DNA of 64,000 bases from Chrysomallon squamiferum (taxonomy: Eukaryota; Animalia; Mollusca). Below the pieces are notes generated by a model. The model was not told the origin of the DNA, made no database searches, and saw only the letters and a program-made list of their open reading frames with translations. This document shows positions 1 to 14,375 of this stretch, piece after piece (the stretch's first letter is position 1; each line of letters opens with the position of its first letter). The stretch is taken from assembly GCA_012295275.1 (NCBI GenBank), contig CM022666.1:12710001-12774000 (forward strand), written 5' to 3'. Both the position numbers and the translations under genes were made by a program.

Positions 1-390
1 TTAATAATAATAATAATAATGCATCATTTCCTGTAAAAGTAATAAAGTATAAAAATAAATTAATAATTAGCATTAGAAAATATTTATAATAATTTAAATA
101 TGTACTAAGCAATTGCATTAGTCCTTGTTAAAATGAGGGTGTCTCTGTTAATATAACTTTTTATTTGAGAAAGTGAAAAACACTATTTCCATTGTCCTGT
201 AAACATACTGGAATAGTGAATGAACTTTTATAAGGCAATTTGTGATATTAAAATACATTAATGATGTTTTTGAATTGCCAAATAAAGATCAGACAAAGAC
301 ATTAAAAAAATCTGTTGATTTTTGCTGAAACTGGAAGTAATCTCAGCTGACCATGATTACAAACACTGAAACTTTATTTTAAACTTTCAG

Positions 391-2278
391 TGCACAGTTT
401 CTGGCTGTCCGTACATTGCCACTCCCAAACTTGTACAACTTCATTATCAACAGGAACATTTTTAAATTCTTTTGTTTTTTCTTTGTGTATTCCTGTATAT
501 AGTTCTTGTGATGATGCTGACTAGTTTACAGAACATACACTTTAGAGATACTAAAACACAACATTTTATTTCATTTTGGTGTTCCTCAGATTCATCTTTA
601 CAATACAATACATTTCTGTAGTAAATTTCAGTTCAGTAAATATCAAGTCTGACATCACATTAGGTAAAAATTATGAAAAATAAAGAAAAAAAAAATAGAA
701 TCTGAGAAAACAAAAACAAATTGAAACTCTAATTGTAACTATATGTGATTACACTCAAGTCATTTTTAAGTGCAAATCTCAAGGTAAATAATATAATTTT
801 ATTAACTGTGCTCATTATTCTTTAAAAAATATGATGAAAATCTGTTTTTACAGATAACTTTAGCTACATTTTTTTTCACAAGTTATGTATACTTGTTTTA
901 TGGTGTTTTCTCATAATTTTAAAGCATTGCATTTGGTTTCTATCAAAAGCTGAGTTACATCATTGTTTTTGAAACCAGTTAATGATGTCAAGTGGGATAT
1001 GACTGTATTCAGAGATCATTTCCACTTCAGACTATTAAAGAGTGGCAATAGCATTCTCACAGAAAAACATGATAATCTTGTTATTATGTAATAAAATATT
1101 CACCTGTAGATTGACCACTTTTACTTTTCATTTACTAGTGCCATCCACTGTTGAATATATAGCTTAATCATCTTTAGCTAAATTATTTGAACATTTTCAT
1201 GTTTGTCTGTTTATCATGTTTCTACATAACCTGTATGTTTGGTAGAAAGGGAAAAGCTGTTTGTTACACTGCCCAGTGATAGTATGCTTCATTATTAGCA
1301 AAGCTTGGATTTTAGAGAAAAAAAAAAACTGTATAGCAGAAATTCATTAATTGTTTCAAAATATAAAAAATATTTTTTAATCTATTTACTTACATATACA
1401 CCAATAAAATCATGCTTTTGTATAGTAAATATACACTTTTAAAATAGTACTGTTAAAAATTAAAGTATCATTTCCTTTCAATAGTTCAACAAATAAATAA
1501 TTTGTTATTTGAAAAACATGTCTTTGTAAAAGACTTTCTAACAGTTTGCTGGATACAGAATTATTGTTGTTGTTTATTTATTTATTCATTTATTCATTTA
1601 TTTATTTCAGCAACACTAATGTAGTTTCACTAAAAACAAATTTGGTCTTTGGAGTCACAAGAGGATATTGATAAATGGATTTCAGAAATGAAAATGTGAG
1701 TTTTGTTATTGCTTATCTATCTGGAATATTTGCCTGTAACAGCATTCCCATACTTTTCAGTAATAATAATGATGATGATTTTTAACATAGTAGATAAAAT
1801 TTATTAACAAGCCAGAATTTCAGTGAAACTGTGCTATTCCTTTCACTTAAATGATAATGCTCATAAGAGAACTGTAACGAACACAGTGAATTACAACAAA
1901 ATATGCAGTATATTGCATATTTTCCACTGGTCCAGGACTATGCATGAATTTCATGTCTGTCTGATAGTTCTAAATTTTACCATGTGATGGTGATACCCAC
2001 ATCAGTAAGAAAGACTTGAAACAACAATGAATCCCTTTTCTGTCAGATGAAAGAAACAAAAAAAGAGTTGACCATTAAATGGCAATAACTAATTTCTTTT
2101 TCCTAACGCTAATGATAAATTATATATTTACTTTAGTAACCATCATTATTAAAATATGTTTAGGTTTCCATGAAAAACCAATATTTTTTATTAATTATTC
2201 TGTACATTTATATAACATACACACGAATAAATAAACTGAAATACACTATAAGGGTTGATTCTCTTATTTAGAAATCAA

Positions 2279-2344
<66 letters not shown>

Positions 2345-2481
2345 TTTATTATATTAATCCTTTTCTTCAACATTTTTAATGAACACAGGAAATTCCTGAC
2401 ATTTGAGAATATTAAGAAGAAAGAAATGGAAAAGTCAGAGAAACAGGAGAGAGGAGAAATTCTTGAAACTAAAGATTTTGG
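391..2481 (+). pseudogene. NUFIP1: NUFIP1-like exon trio, disabled (unit 1): exon A 391-453, exon B 1611-1695, exon C 2389-2481
   Basis: Exon A = CTVSGCPYIATPKLVQLHYQQ, completed by QH in exon B (C-x4-C…H-x4-H finger). Exon B gives IWSLESQEDIDKWISEMK and exon C gives KFLTFENIKKKEMEKSEKQERGEILETKDFG, matching the recalled NUFIP1 motif (…TPEEIARWREERRKNYPTLANIERKK…EKRGAVL…YG). AG acceptors are present and B/C phases match. Lesions: TAA plus frameshift in B, and donors of A (GA) and C (AT) mutated. Confidence 0.75.
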
Positions 2482-2947
2482 ATAACAACACTTTATTAGT
2501 TTGCTAATACCTTTCTGTCTTGGCATTTATTTTTGAAGAAGGTATTTATTTCTAAATTAATAATAATAATAATAATGCATCATTTCCTGTAAAAGTAATA
2601 AACTAAAAATAAATTAATAATTAGCATTAGAAAATATTAATAATAATTTAAATATGTCCTAAGCAATTGCATTAGTCCTTGTTAAAATGAGGGTGTCTCT
2701 GTTAATATAACTTTTTATTTGAGAAAGTGAAACACACTATTTCCATTGTTGTCCTGTAAACATACTGGAATAGTGAATGAACTTTTATAAGGCAATTTGT
2801 GATATTAAAATACATTAATGATGTTTTTGAATTGCCAAATAAAGATCAGACAAAGACATTAAAAACATTTGTTGATTTTTGCTGAAACTGGAAGTAATCT
2901 CAGCTGACCATGATTACAAACACTGAAACTTTATTTTAAACTTTCAG

Positions 2948-4842
2948 TGCACAGTTTCTGGCTGTCCGTACATTGCCACTCCCAAACTTGTACAACTTCA
3001 TTATCAACAGGAACATTTTTAAATTCTTTTGTTTTTTCTTTGTGTATTCCTGTATATAGTTCTTGTGATGATGCTGACTAGTTTACAGAACATACACTTT
3101 AGAGATACTAAAACACAACATTTTATTTCATTTTGGTGTTCCTCAGATTCATCTTTACAATACAATACATTTCTGTAGTAAATTTCAGTTCAGTAAATAT
3201 CAAGTCTGACATCACATTAGGTAAAAATTATGAAAAATAAAGAAAAAAAAATAGAATCTGAAAAAACAAAAACAAATTGAAACTCTAATTGTAACTATAT
3301 GTGATTACACTCAAGTCATTTTTAAGTGCAAATCTCAAGGTAAATAATATAATTTTATTAACTGTGCTCATTATTCTTTAAAAAATATGATGAAAATCTG
3401 TTTTTACAGATAACTTTAGCTACATTTTTTCACAAGTTATGTATACTTGTTTTATGGTGTTTTCTCATAATTTTAAAGCATTGCATTTGGTTTCTATCAA
3501 AAGCTGAGTTACATCATTGTTTTTGAAACCAGTTAATGATGTCAAGTGGGATATGACTGTATTCAGAGATCATTTCCACTTCAGACTATTAAAGAGTGGC
3601 AATAGCATTCTCACAGAAAAACATGATAATCTTGTTATTATGTAATAAAATATTCACCTGTAGATTGACCACTTTTACTTTTCATTTACTAGTGCCATCC
3701 ACTGTTGAATATATAGCTTAATCATCTTTAGCTAAATTATTTGAACATTTTCATGTTTGTCTGTTTATCATGTTTCTACATAACCTGTATGTTTGGTAGA
3801 AAGGGAAAAGCTGTTTGTTACACTGCCCAGTGATAGTATGCTTCATTATTAGCAAAGCTTGGATTTTAGAGAAAAAAAATGTATAGCAGAAATTCATTAA
3901 TTGTTTCAAAATATAAAAAAATATTTTTTAATCTATTTACTTACATATACACCAATAAAATCATGCTTTTTTGTATAGTAAATATACACTTTTAAAATAG
4001 TACTGTTAAAAATTAAAGTATCATTTCCTTTCAATAGTTCAACAAATAAATAATTTGTTATTTGAAAAACATGTCTTTGTAAAAGACTTTCTAACAGTTT
4101 GCTGGATACAGAATTATTGTTGTTGTTTATTTATTTATTCATTTATTCATTTATTTATTTCAGCAACACTAATGTAGTTTCACTAAAAACAAATTTGGTC
4201 TTTGGAGTCACAAGAGGATATTGATAAATGGATTTCAGAAATGAAAATGTGAGTTTTGTTATTGCTTATCTATCTGGAATATTTGCCTGTAACAGCATTC
4301 CCATACTTTTCAGTAATAATAATGATGATGATTTTTAACATAGTAGATAAAATTTATTAACAAGCCAGAATTTCAGTGAAACTGTGCTATTCCTTTCACT
4401 TAAATGATAATGCTCATAAGAGAACTGTAACGAACACAGTGAATTACAACAAAATATGCAGTCTATTGCATATTTTCCACTGGTCCAGGACTATGCATGA
4501 ATTTCATGTCTGTCTGATAGTTCTAAATTTTACCATGTGATGGTGATACCCACATCAGTAAGAAAGACTTGAAACAACAATGAATCCCTTTTCTGTCAGA
4601 TGAAAGAAAAAAAAAAGAGTTGTTGACCATTAAATGGCAATAACTAATTTCTTTTTCCTAACGCTAATGATAAATTATATATTTACTTTAGTAACCATCA
4701 TTATTAAAATATGTTTAGGTTTCCATGAAAAACCAATATTTTTTATTAATTATTCTGTACATTTATATAACATACACACGAATAAATAAACTGAAATACA
4801 CTATAAGGGTTGATTCTCTTATTTAGAAATCAATTTTCTTTC

Positions 4843-4895
<53 letters not shown>

Positions 4896-7384
4896 TTTAT
4901 TATATTAATCCTTTTCTTCAACATTTTTAATGAACACAGGAAATTCCTGAAATTTGAGAATATTAAGAAGAAAGAAATGGAAAAGTCAGAGAAACAGGAG
5001 AGAGGAGAAATTCTTGAAACTAAAGATTTTGGATAACAACACTTTATTAGTTTGCTAATACCTTTCTGTCTTGGCATTTATTTTTGAAGAAGGTATTTAT
5101 TTCTAAATTAATAATAATAATGCATCATTTCCTGTAAAAGTAATAAACTAAAAATGAATTAATAATTAGCATTAGAAAATATTAATAATAATTTAAATAT
5201 GTCCTAAGCAATTGCATTAGTCCTTGTTAAAATGAGGGTGTCTCTGTTAATATAACTTTTTATTTGAGAAAGTGAAACACACTATTTCCATTGTTGTCCT
5301 GTAAACATACTGGAATAGTGAATGAACTTTTATAAGGCAATTTGTGATATTAAAATACATTAATGATGTTTTGAATTGCCAAATAAAGATCAGACAAAGA
5401 CATTAAAAAAAAATTTGTTGATTTTTGCTGAAACTGGAAGTAATCTCAGCTGACCATGATTACAAACACTGAAACTTTATTTTAAACTTTCAGTGCACAG
5501 TTTCTGGCTGTCCGTACATTGCCACTCCCAAACTTGTACAACTTCATTATCAACAGGAACATTTTTAAATTCTTTTGTTTTTTCTTTGTGTATTCCTGTA
5601 TATAGTTCTTGTGATGATGCTGACTAGTTTACAGAACATACACTTTAGAGATACTAAAACACAACATTTTATTTCATTTTGGTGTTCCTCAGATTCATCT
5701 TTACAATACAATACATTTCTGTAGTAAATTTCAGTTCAGTAAATATCAAGTCTGACATCACATTAGGTAAACATTATGAAAAATAAAGAAAAAAAAAATA
5801 GAATCTGAGAAAACAAAAACAAATTGAAACTCTAATTGTAACTATATGTGATTACACTCAAGTCATTTTTAAGTGCAAATCTCAAGGTAAATAATATAAT
5901 TTTATTAACTGTGCTCATTATTCTTTAAAAAATATGATGAAAATCTGTTTTTACAGATAACTTTAGCTACATTTTTTCACAAGTTATGTATACTTGTTTT
6001 ATGGTGTTTTCTCATAATTTTAAAGCATTGCATTTGGTTTCTATCAAAAGCTGAGTTACATCATTGTTTTTGAAACCAGTTAATGATGTCAAGTGGGATA
6101 TGACTGTATTCAGAGATCATTTCCACTTCAGACTATTAAAGAGTGGCAATAGCATTCTCACAGAAAAACATGATAATCTTGTTATTATGTAATAAAATAT
6201 TCACCTGTAGATTGACCACGTTTTACTTTTCATTTACTAGTGCCATCCACTGTTGAATATATAGCTTAATCATCTTTAGCTAAATTATTTGAACATTTTC
6301 ATGTTTGTCTGTTTATCATGTTTCTACATAACCTGTATGTTTGGTAGAAAGGGAAAAGCTGTTTGTTACACTGCCCAGTGATAGTATGCTTCATTATTAG
6401 CAAAGCTTGGATTTTAGAAAAAAAAACTGTATAGCAGAAATTCATTAATTGTTTCAAAATATAAAAAATATTTTTTAATCTATTTACTTACATATACACC
6501 AATAAAATCATGCTTTTGTATAGTAAATATACACTTTTAAAATAGTACTGTTAAAAATTAAAGTATCATTTCCTTTCAATAGTTCAACAAATAAATAATT
6601 TGTTATTTGAAAAACATGTCTTTGTAAAAGACTTTCTAACAGTTTGCTGGATACAGAATTATTGTTGTTGTTTATTTATTTATTCATTTATTCATTTATT
6701 TATTTCAGCAACACTAATGTAGTTTCACTAAAAACAAATTTGGTCTTTGGAGTCACAAGAGGATATTGATAAATGGATTTCAGAAATGAAAATGTGAGTT
6801 TTGTTATTGCTTATCTATCTGGAATATTTGCCTGTAACAGCATTCCCATACTTTTCAGTAATAATAATGATGATGATTTTTAACATAGTAGATAAAATTT
6901 ATTAACAAGCCAGAATTTCAGTGAAACTGTGCTATTCCTTTCACTTAAATGATAATGCTCATAAGAGAACTGTAACGAACACAGTGAATTACAACAAAAT
7001 TTGCAGTATATTGCATATTTTCCACTGGTCCAGGACTATGCATGAATTTCATGTCTGTCTGATAGTTCTAAATTTTACCATGTGATGGTGATACCCACAT
7101 CAGTAAGAAAGACTTGAAACAACAATGAATCCCTTTTCTGTCAGATGAAAGAAACAAAAAAGAGTTGACCATTAAACGGCAATAACTAATTTCTTTTTCC
7201 TAACGCTAATGATAAATTATATATTTACTTTAGTAACCATCATTATTAAAATATGTTTAGGTTTCCATGAAAAACCAATATTTTTTATTAATTATTCTGT
7301 ACATTTATATAACATACACACGAATAAATAAACTGAAATACACTATAAGGGTTGATTCTCTTATTTAGAAATCAATTTTCTTTC

Positions 7385-7433
<49 letters not shown>

Positions 7434-10400
7434 ATTTTTATTATATTAATCCTTTTCTTCAACATTTTTAATGAACACAGGAAATTCCTGAAATTTGAGA
7501 ATATTAAGAAGAAAGAAATGGAAAAGTCAGAGAAACAGGAGAGAGGAGAAATTCTTGAAACTAAAGATTTTGGATAACAACACTTTATTAGTTTGCTAAT
7601 ACCTTTCTGTCTTGGCATTTATTTTTGAAGAAGGTATTTATTTTAATTTCTAAATAATAATAATAATAATAATGCATCATTTCCTGTAAAAGTAATAAAT
7701 CTAAAAAAATAAATTAATAATTCTTTAACAGCATTAGAAAATATTAATAATAATTTAAATATGTCCTAAGCAATTGCATTAGTCCTTGTTAAAATGAGGG
7801 TGTCTCTGTTAATATAACTTTTTATTTGAGAAAGTGAAACACACTATTTCCATTGTTGTCCTGTAAACATACTGGAATAGTGAATGAACTTTTATAAGGC
7901 AATTTGTGATATTAAAATACATTAATGATGTTTTTGAATTGCCAAATAAAGATCAGACAAAAGACATAAAAAAATTTGTTGATTTTTGCTGAAACTGGAA
8001 GTAATCTCAGCTGACCATGATTACAAACACTGAAACTTTATTTTAAACTTTCAGTGCACAGTTTCTGGCTGTCCGTACATTGCCACTCCCAAACTTGTAC
8101 AACTTCATTATCAACAGGTAAAGTCTTTTAATTTTTTTTTTCTTTGTGTATTCCTGTATATAGTTCTTGTGATGATGCTGACTAGTTTACAGAACATACA
8201 CTTTAGAGATACTAAAACACAACATTTTATTTCATTTTGGTGTTCCTCAGATTCATCTTTACAATACAATACATTTCTGTAGTAAATTTCAGTTCAGTAA
8301 ATATCAAGTCTGACATCACATTAGGTAAAAATTATGAAAAAAAAAAAAAAAAAAATAGAATCTGAAAAAACAAAAACAAATTGAAACTCTAATTGTAACT
8401 ATATGTGATTACACTCAAGTCATTTTTAAGTGCAAATCTCAAGGTAAATAATATAATTTTATTAACTGTGCTCATTATTCTTTAAAAAATATGATGAAAA
8501 TCTGTTTTTTTTACAGATAACTTTAGCTACATTTTTTCACAAGTTATGTATACTTGTTTTATGGTGTTTTCTCATAATTTTAAAGCATTGCATTTGGTTT
8601 CTATCAAAAGCTGAGTTACATCATTGTTTTTGAAACCAGTTAATGATGTCAAGTGGGATATGACTGTATTCAGAGATCATTTCCACTTCAGACTATTAAA
8701 GAGTGGCAATAGCATTCTCACAGAAAAACATGATAATCTTGTTATTATGTAATAAAATATTCACCTGTAGATTGACCACTTTTACTTTTCATTTACTAGT
8801 GCCATCCACTGTTGAATATATAGCTTAATCATCTTTAGCTAAATTATTTGAACATTTTCATGTTTGTCTGTTTATCATGTTTCTACATAACCTGTATGTT
8901 TGGTAGAAAGGGAAAAGCTGTTTGTTACACTGCCCAGTGATAGTATGCTTCATTATTAGCAAAGCTTGGATTTTAGAGAAAAAAAATGTATAGCAGAAAT
9001 TCATTAATTGTTTCAAAATATAAAAAATATTTTTTAATCTATTTACTTACATATACACCAATAAAATCATGCTTTTGTATAGTAAATATACACTTTTAAA
9101 ATAGTACTGTTAAAAGTTAAAGTATCATTTCCTTTCAATAGTTCAACAAATAAATAATTTGTTATTTGAAAAACATGTCTTTGTAAAAGACTTTCTAACA
9201 GTTTGCTGGATACAGAATTATTGTTGTTGTTTATTTATTTATTCATTTATTCATTTATTTATTTCAGCAACACTAATGTAGTTTCACTAAAAACAAATTT
9301 GGTCTTTGGAGTCACAAGAGGATATTGATAAATGGATTTCAGAAATGAAAATGTGAGTTTTGTTATTGCTTATCTATCTGGAATATTTGCCTGTAACAGC
9401 ATTCCCATACTTTTCAGTAATAATAATGATGATGATTTTTAACATAGTAGATAAAATTTATTAACAAGCCAGAATTTCAGTGAAACTGTGCTATTCCTTT
9501 CACTTAAATGATAATGCTCATAAGAGAACTGTAACGAACACAGTGAATTACAACAAAATTTGCAGTATATTGCATATTTTCCACTGGTCCAGGACTATGC
9601 ATGAATTTCATGTCTGTCTGATAGTTCTAAATTTTACCATGTGATGGTGATACCCACATCAGTAAGAAAGACTTGAAACAACAATGAATCCCTTTTCTGT
9701 CAGATGAAAGAAACAAAAAAAGAGTTGACCATTAAACGGCAATAACTAATTTCTTTTTCCTAACGCTAATGATAAATTATATATTTACTTTAGTAACCAT
9801 CATTATTAAAATATGTTTAGGTTTCCATGAAAAACCAATATTTTTTATTAATTATTCTGTACATTTATATAACATACACACGAATAAATAAACTGAAATA
9901 CACTATAAGGGTTGATTCTCTTATTTAGAAATCAATTTTCTTTCTGTTTATTATTATTATTATTATTATTAATATTTTTATTATATTAATCCTTTTCTTC
10001 AACATTTTTAATGAACACAGGAAATTCCTGAAATTTGAGAATATTAAGAAGAAAGAAATGGAAAAGTCAGAGAAACAGGAGAGAGGAGAAATTCTTGAAA
10101 CTAAAGATTTTGGATAACAACACTTTATTAGTTTGCTAATACCTTTCTGTCTTGGCATTTATTTTTGAAGAAGGTATTTATTTCTAAATTAATAATAATA
10201 ATGCATCATTTCCTGTAAAAGTAATAATCTAAAAATAAATTAAGAATTCTTGCTAACAGCATTAGAAAATATTAATAATAATTTAAATATGTCCTAAGCA
10301 ATTGCATTAGTCCTTGTTAAAATGAGGGTGTCTCTGTTAATATAACTTTTTATTTGAGAAAGTGAAACACACTATTTCCATTGTTGTCCTGTAAACATAC

Positions 10401-12468
10401 TGGAATAGTGAATGAACTTTTATAAGGCAATTTGTGATATTAAAATACATTAATGATGTTTTTGAATTGCCAAATAAAGATCAGACAAAGACATTAAAAA
10501 AATCTGTTGATTTTTGCTGAAACTGGAAGTAATCTCAGCTGACCATGATTACAAACACTGAAACTTTATTTTAAACTTTCAGTGCACAGTTTCTGGCTGT
10601 CCGTACATTGCCACTCCCAAACTTGTACAACTTCATTATCAACAGGAACATTTTTAAATTTCTTTTGTTTTTTCTTTGTGTATTCCTGTATATAGTTCTT
10701 GTGATGATGCTGACTAGTTTACAGAACATACACTTTAGAGATACTAAAACACAACATTTTATTTCATTTTGGTGTTCCTCAGATTCATCTTTACAATACA
10801 ATACATTTCTGTAGTAAATTTCAGTTCAGTAAATATCAAGTCTGACATCACATTAGGTAAAAATTATGAAAAAAAAAAAAAAAAAAATAGAATCTGAAAA
10901 AACAAAAACAAATTGAAACTCTAATTGTAACTATATGTGATTACACTCAAGTCATTTTTAAGTGCAAATCTCAAGGTAAATAATATAATTTTATTAACTG
11001 TGCTCATTATTCTTTAAAAATATGATGAAAATCTGTTTTTACAGATAACTTTAGCTACATTTTTTCACAAGTTATGTATACTTGTTTTATGGTGTTTTCT
11101 CATAATTTTAAAGCATTGCATTTGGTTTCTATCAAAAGCTGAGTTACATCATTGTTTTTGAAACCAGTTAATGATGTCAAGTGGGATATGACTGTATTCA
11201 GAGATCATTTCCACTTCAGACTATTAAAGAGTGGCAATAGCATTCTCACAGAAAAACATGATAATCTTGTTATTATGTAATAAAATATTCACCTGTAGAT
11301 TGACCACTTTTACTTTTCATTTACTAGTGCCATCCACTGTTGAATATATAGCTTAATCATCTTTAGCTAAATTATTTGAACATTTTCATGTTTGTCTGTT
11401 TATCATGTTTCTACATAACCTGTATGTTTGGTAGAAAGGGAAAAGCTGTTTGTTACACTGCCCAGTGATAGTATGCTTCATTATTAGCAAAGCTTGGATT
11501 TTAGAGAAAAAAAATGTATAGCAGAAATTCATTAATTGTTTCAAAATATAAAAAATATTTTTTAATCTATTTACTTACATATACACCAATAAAATCATGC
11601 TTTTGTATAGTAAATATACACTTTTAAAATAGTACTGTTAAAAATTAAAGTATCATTTCCTTTCAATAGTTCAACAAATAAATAATTTGTTATTTGAAAA
11701 ACATGTCTTTGTAAAAGACTTTCTAACAGTTTGCTGGATACAGAATTATTGTTGTTGTTTATTTATTTATTCATTTATTCATTTATTTATTTCAGCAACA
11801 CTAATGTAGTTTCACTAAAAACAAATTTGGTCTTTGGAGTCACAAGAGGATATTGATAAATGGATTTCAGAAATGAAAATGTGAGTTTTGTTATTGCTTA
11901 TCTATCTGGAATATTTGCCTGTAACAGCATTCCCATACTTTTCAGTAATAATAATGATGATGATTTTTAACATAGTAGATAAAATTTATTAACAAGCCAG
12001 AATTTCAGTGAAACTGTGCTATTCCTTTGACTTAAATGATAATGCTCATAAGAGAACTGTAACGAACACAGTGAATTACAACAAAATTTGCAGTATATTG
12101 CATATTTTCCACTGGTCCAGGACTATGCATGAATTTCATGTCTGTCTGATAGTTCTAAATTTTACCATGTGATGGTGATACCCACATCAGTAAGAAAGAC
12201 TTGAAACAACAATGAATCCCTTTTCTGTCAGATGAAAGAAACAAAAAAAGAGTTGACCATTAAACGGCAATAACTAATTTCTTTTTCCTAACGCTAATGA
12301 TAAATTATATATTTACTTTAGTAACCATCATTATTAAAATATGTTTAGGTTTCCATGAAAAACCAATATTTTTTATTAATTATTCTGTACATTTATATAA
12401 CATACACATGAATAAATAAACTGAAATACACTATAAGGGTTGATTCTCTTATTTAGAAATCAATTTTC

Positions 12469-12545
<77 letters not shown>

Positions 12546-12681
12546 TTTATTATATTAATCCTTTTCTTCAACATTTTTAATGAACACAGGAAATTCCTGA
12601 CATTTGAGAATATTAAGAAGAAAGAAATGGAAAAGTCAGAGAAACAGGAGAGAGGAGAAATTCTTGAAACTAAAGAGTTTG
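2948..12681 (+). pseudogene. NUFIP1: Four further copies of the NUFIP1-like exon trio (units 2-5)
   Basis: Same exons repeated in each tandem unit. Exon A of unit 4 (8055-8117) alone retains a GT donor (CAG|GTAAAG). Confidence 0.72.
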
Positions 12682-13371
12682 GATAACAACACTTTATTAG
12701 TTTGCTAATACCTTTCTGTCTTGGCATTTATTTTTGAAGAAGGTATTTATTTCTAAATAATAATAATAATAATAATAATGCATCATTTCCTGTAAAAGTA
12801 ATAAACTAAAAATAAATTAATAATTAGCATTAGAAAATATTAATAATAATTTAAATATGTCCTAAGCAATTGCATTAGTCCTTGTTAAAATGAGGGTGTC
12901 TCTGTTAATATAACTTTTTATTTGAAAGTGAAAAACACTATTTCCATTGTTGTCCTGTAAACATACTGGAATAGTGAATGAACTTTTATAAGGCAATTTG
13001 TGATATTAAAATACATTAATGATGTTTTTGAATTGCCAAATAAAGATCAGACAAAAACATTTAAAAAATCTGTTGATTTTTGTTGAAACTGGAAATCACC
13101 TCAGCTGACCATGATTACAAACACTGAAACAATCACCAATGTAAATTTCCTATCTTTTAAGATACATGTTTTAATTATTAAAGTTAATAATATCTATGCC
13201 TTTTCATTTTTTATATTTAAATACAAATAACTGAAACATCTGCAAATGATAATAAGCAGAGAAAAATGCATTTATCTGACAAATATAGATTCATAAAACA
13301 AAAAATATCTTGATCTTACAAAAATTAATAAACTTAATATTTACTATTGGTGTTAAATATTTTTTATCTAG

Positions 13372-13884
13372 AAAGGGAATTTACATCATGGAGAAGGATG
13401 AATCGGCTGATACAGAAACCATTCTCATGCAGAGAAAACAGTCCAAGTTGTGAGAATTTTGTTTTTTTTTTTGTCTTAGTAATACAAGTTTTGTAACAAT
13501 TGTTAATTAATTATAAAAATAGAGTAATAATAATCAATTGTTTACTGTTGTTTGTTAAATATTGTTTTTATTATTATTAACATTATTATCAGGATCATTA
13601 TTATGCATTACTCACTAATGTAATTTATTAGTAACAAAGTATGTCAAAAATATCCAACAGCCCACTGTGTCTGAATACTGCAGTAACTAATACCAGTAAA
13701 ATACACATTTTAATAATAACAGAAGTGTTAGTTATCTATTTAAGACTCTTTATTTATTATTTGTCTTATTATTTGATTTATTTATTTATTTATTTTTAGA
13801 ATGCACATCTAGCTCTAATTGAAGCACTGATGTTGGCATACGCCAGTGAAGTTGTTTGAGTACAACATGTATCCAAGCCATCAG
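13372..13884 (+). pseudogene. Probable downstream NUFIP1-like exon relics (13372-~13448; 13800-13884)
   Basis: AG/GT-bounded purine-richer segments. 13800-13884 contains ALMLAYASE, similar to the recalled NUFIP1 'SLMSSYGS' motif, with in-frame stops. Confidence 0.4.
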
Positions 13885-14294
13885 GTGTGTTGTTGTTATT
13901 ATGGTTTATTTTATTTTAGACTTCCACTGAGCTTCCATTAGGCACTGAATACAAAATTATTTTCTGATTAAATAAAGTTTGCTGCCATTGCAAAAGACAA
14001 AAAATCTGAGCAGGTTAATTTGAGCTTGTTTTCTTGCATATTTCTCATTATTATTAACCTAATGAAGTCTAATGTAATTTAATATATGAAGTTGCAGTTT
14101 GGAAATAATATATGAAAGTTTACACATACAGAAACACACAAACACAAACACAAACACACAAACACACACACACACACACACAGATACATGAACACAATTT
14201 TTTGTAAATGAAATAACAAATCGGACGGTAACGTCAAAATTTAGAATATAATAAATTTAGTTTTCATAATTTGTTTTTAAAATAATCAGATGGT

Positions 14295-14297
<3 letters not shown>

Positions 14298-14355
<58 letters not shown>

Positions 14356-14375
14356 TCCCTCTCCCTCTCCCTCTC
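14298..14375. repeat. (CT)n microsatellite at the start of the CAMSAP-bearing block
   Basis: Direct reading. Confidence 0.95.

Larger units (their letters stand above)
1..13130 (+). repeat. Head-to-tail tandem array of ~2.55-kb units (partial 1-372; full units 373-2929, 2930-5475, 5476-8036, 8037-10564, 10565-13130); probably continues left of the window
   Basis: The same sequence recurs every 2528-2566 bp with junction ACAAACACTGAAAC|TTTATTTTAAACTTTCAG. The last unit runs into unique sequence (…CTGAAAC|AATCACC at 13130). Units differ mainly in (ATT)n and A-run length and in scattered SNPs. Confidence 0.97.

Noticed and set aside
2275-12727. Repeated minus-strand ORFs MPRQKGISK…poly-Ile
   Set aside because: Antisense of NUFIP1-like exon C plus an (AAT)n tract; no independent coding evidence
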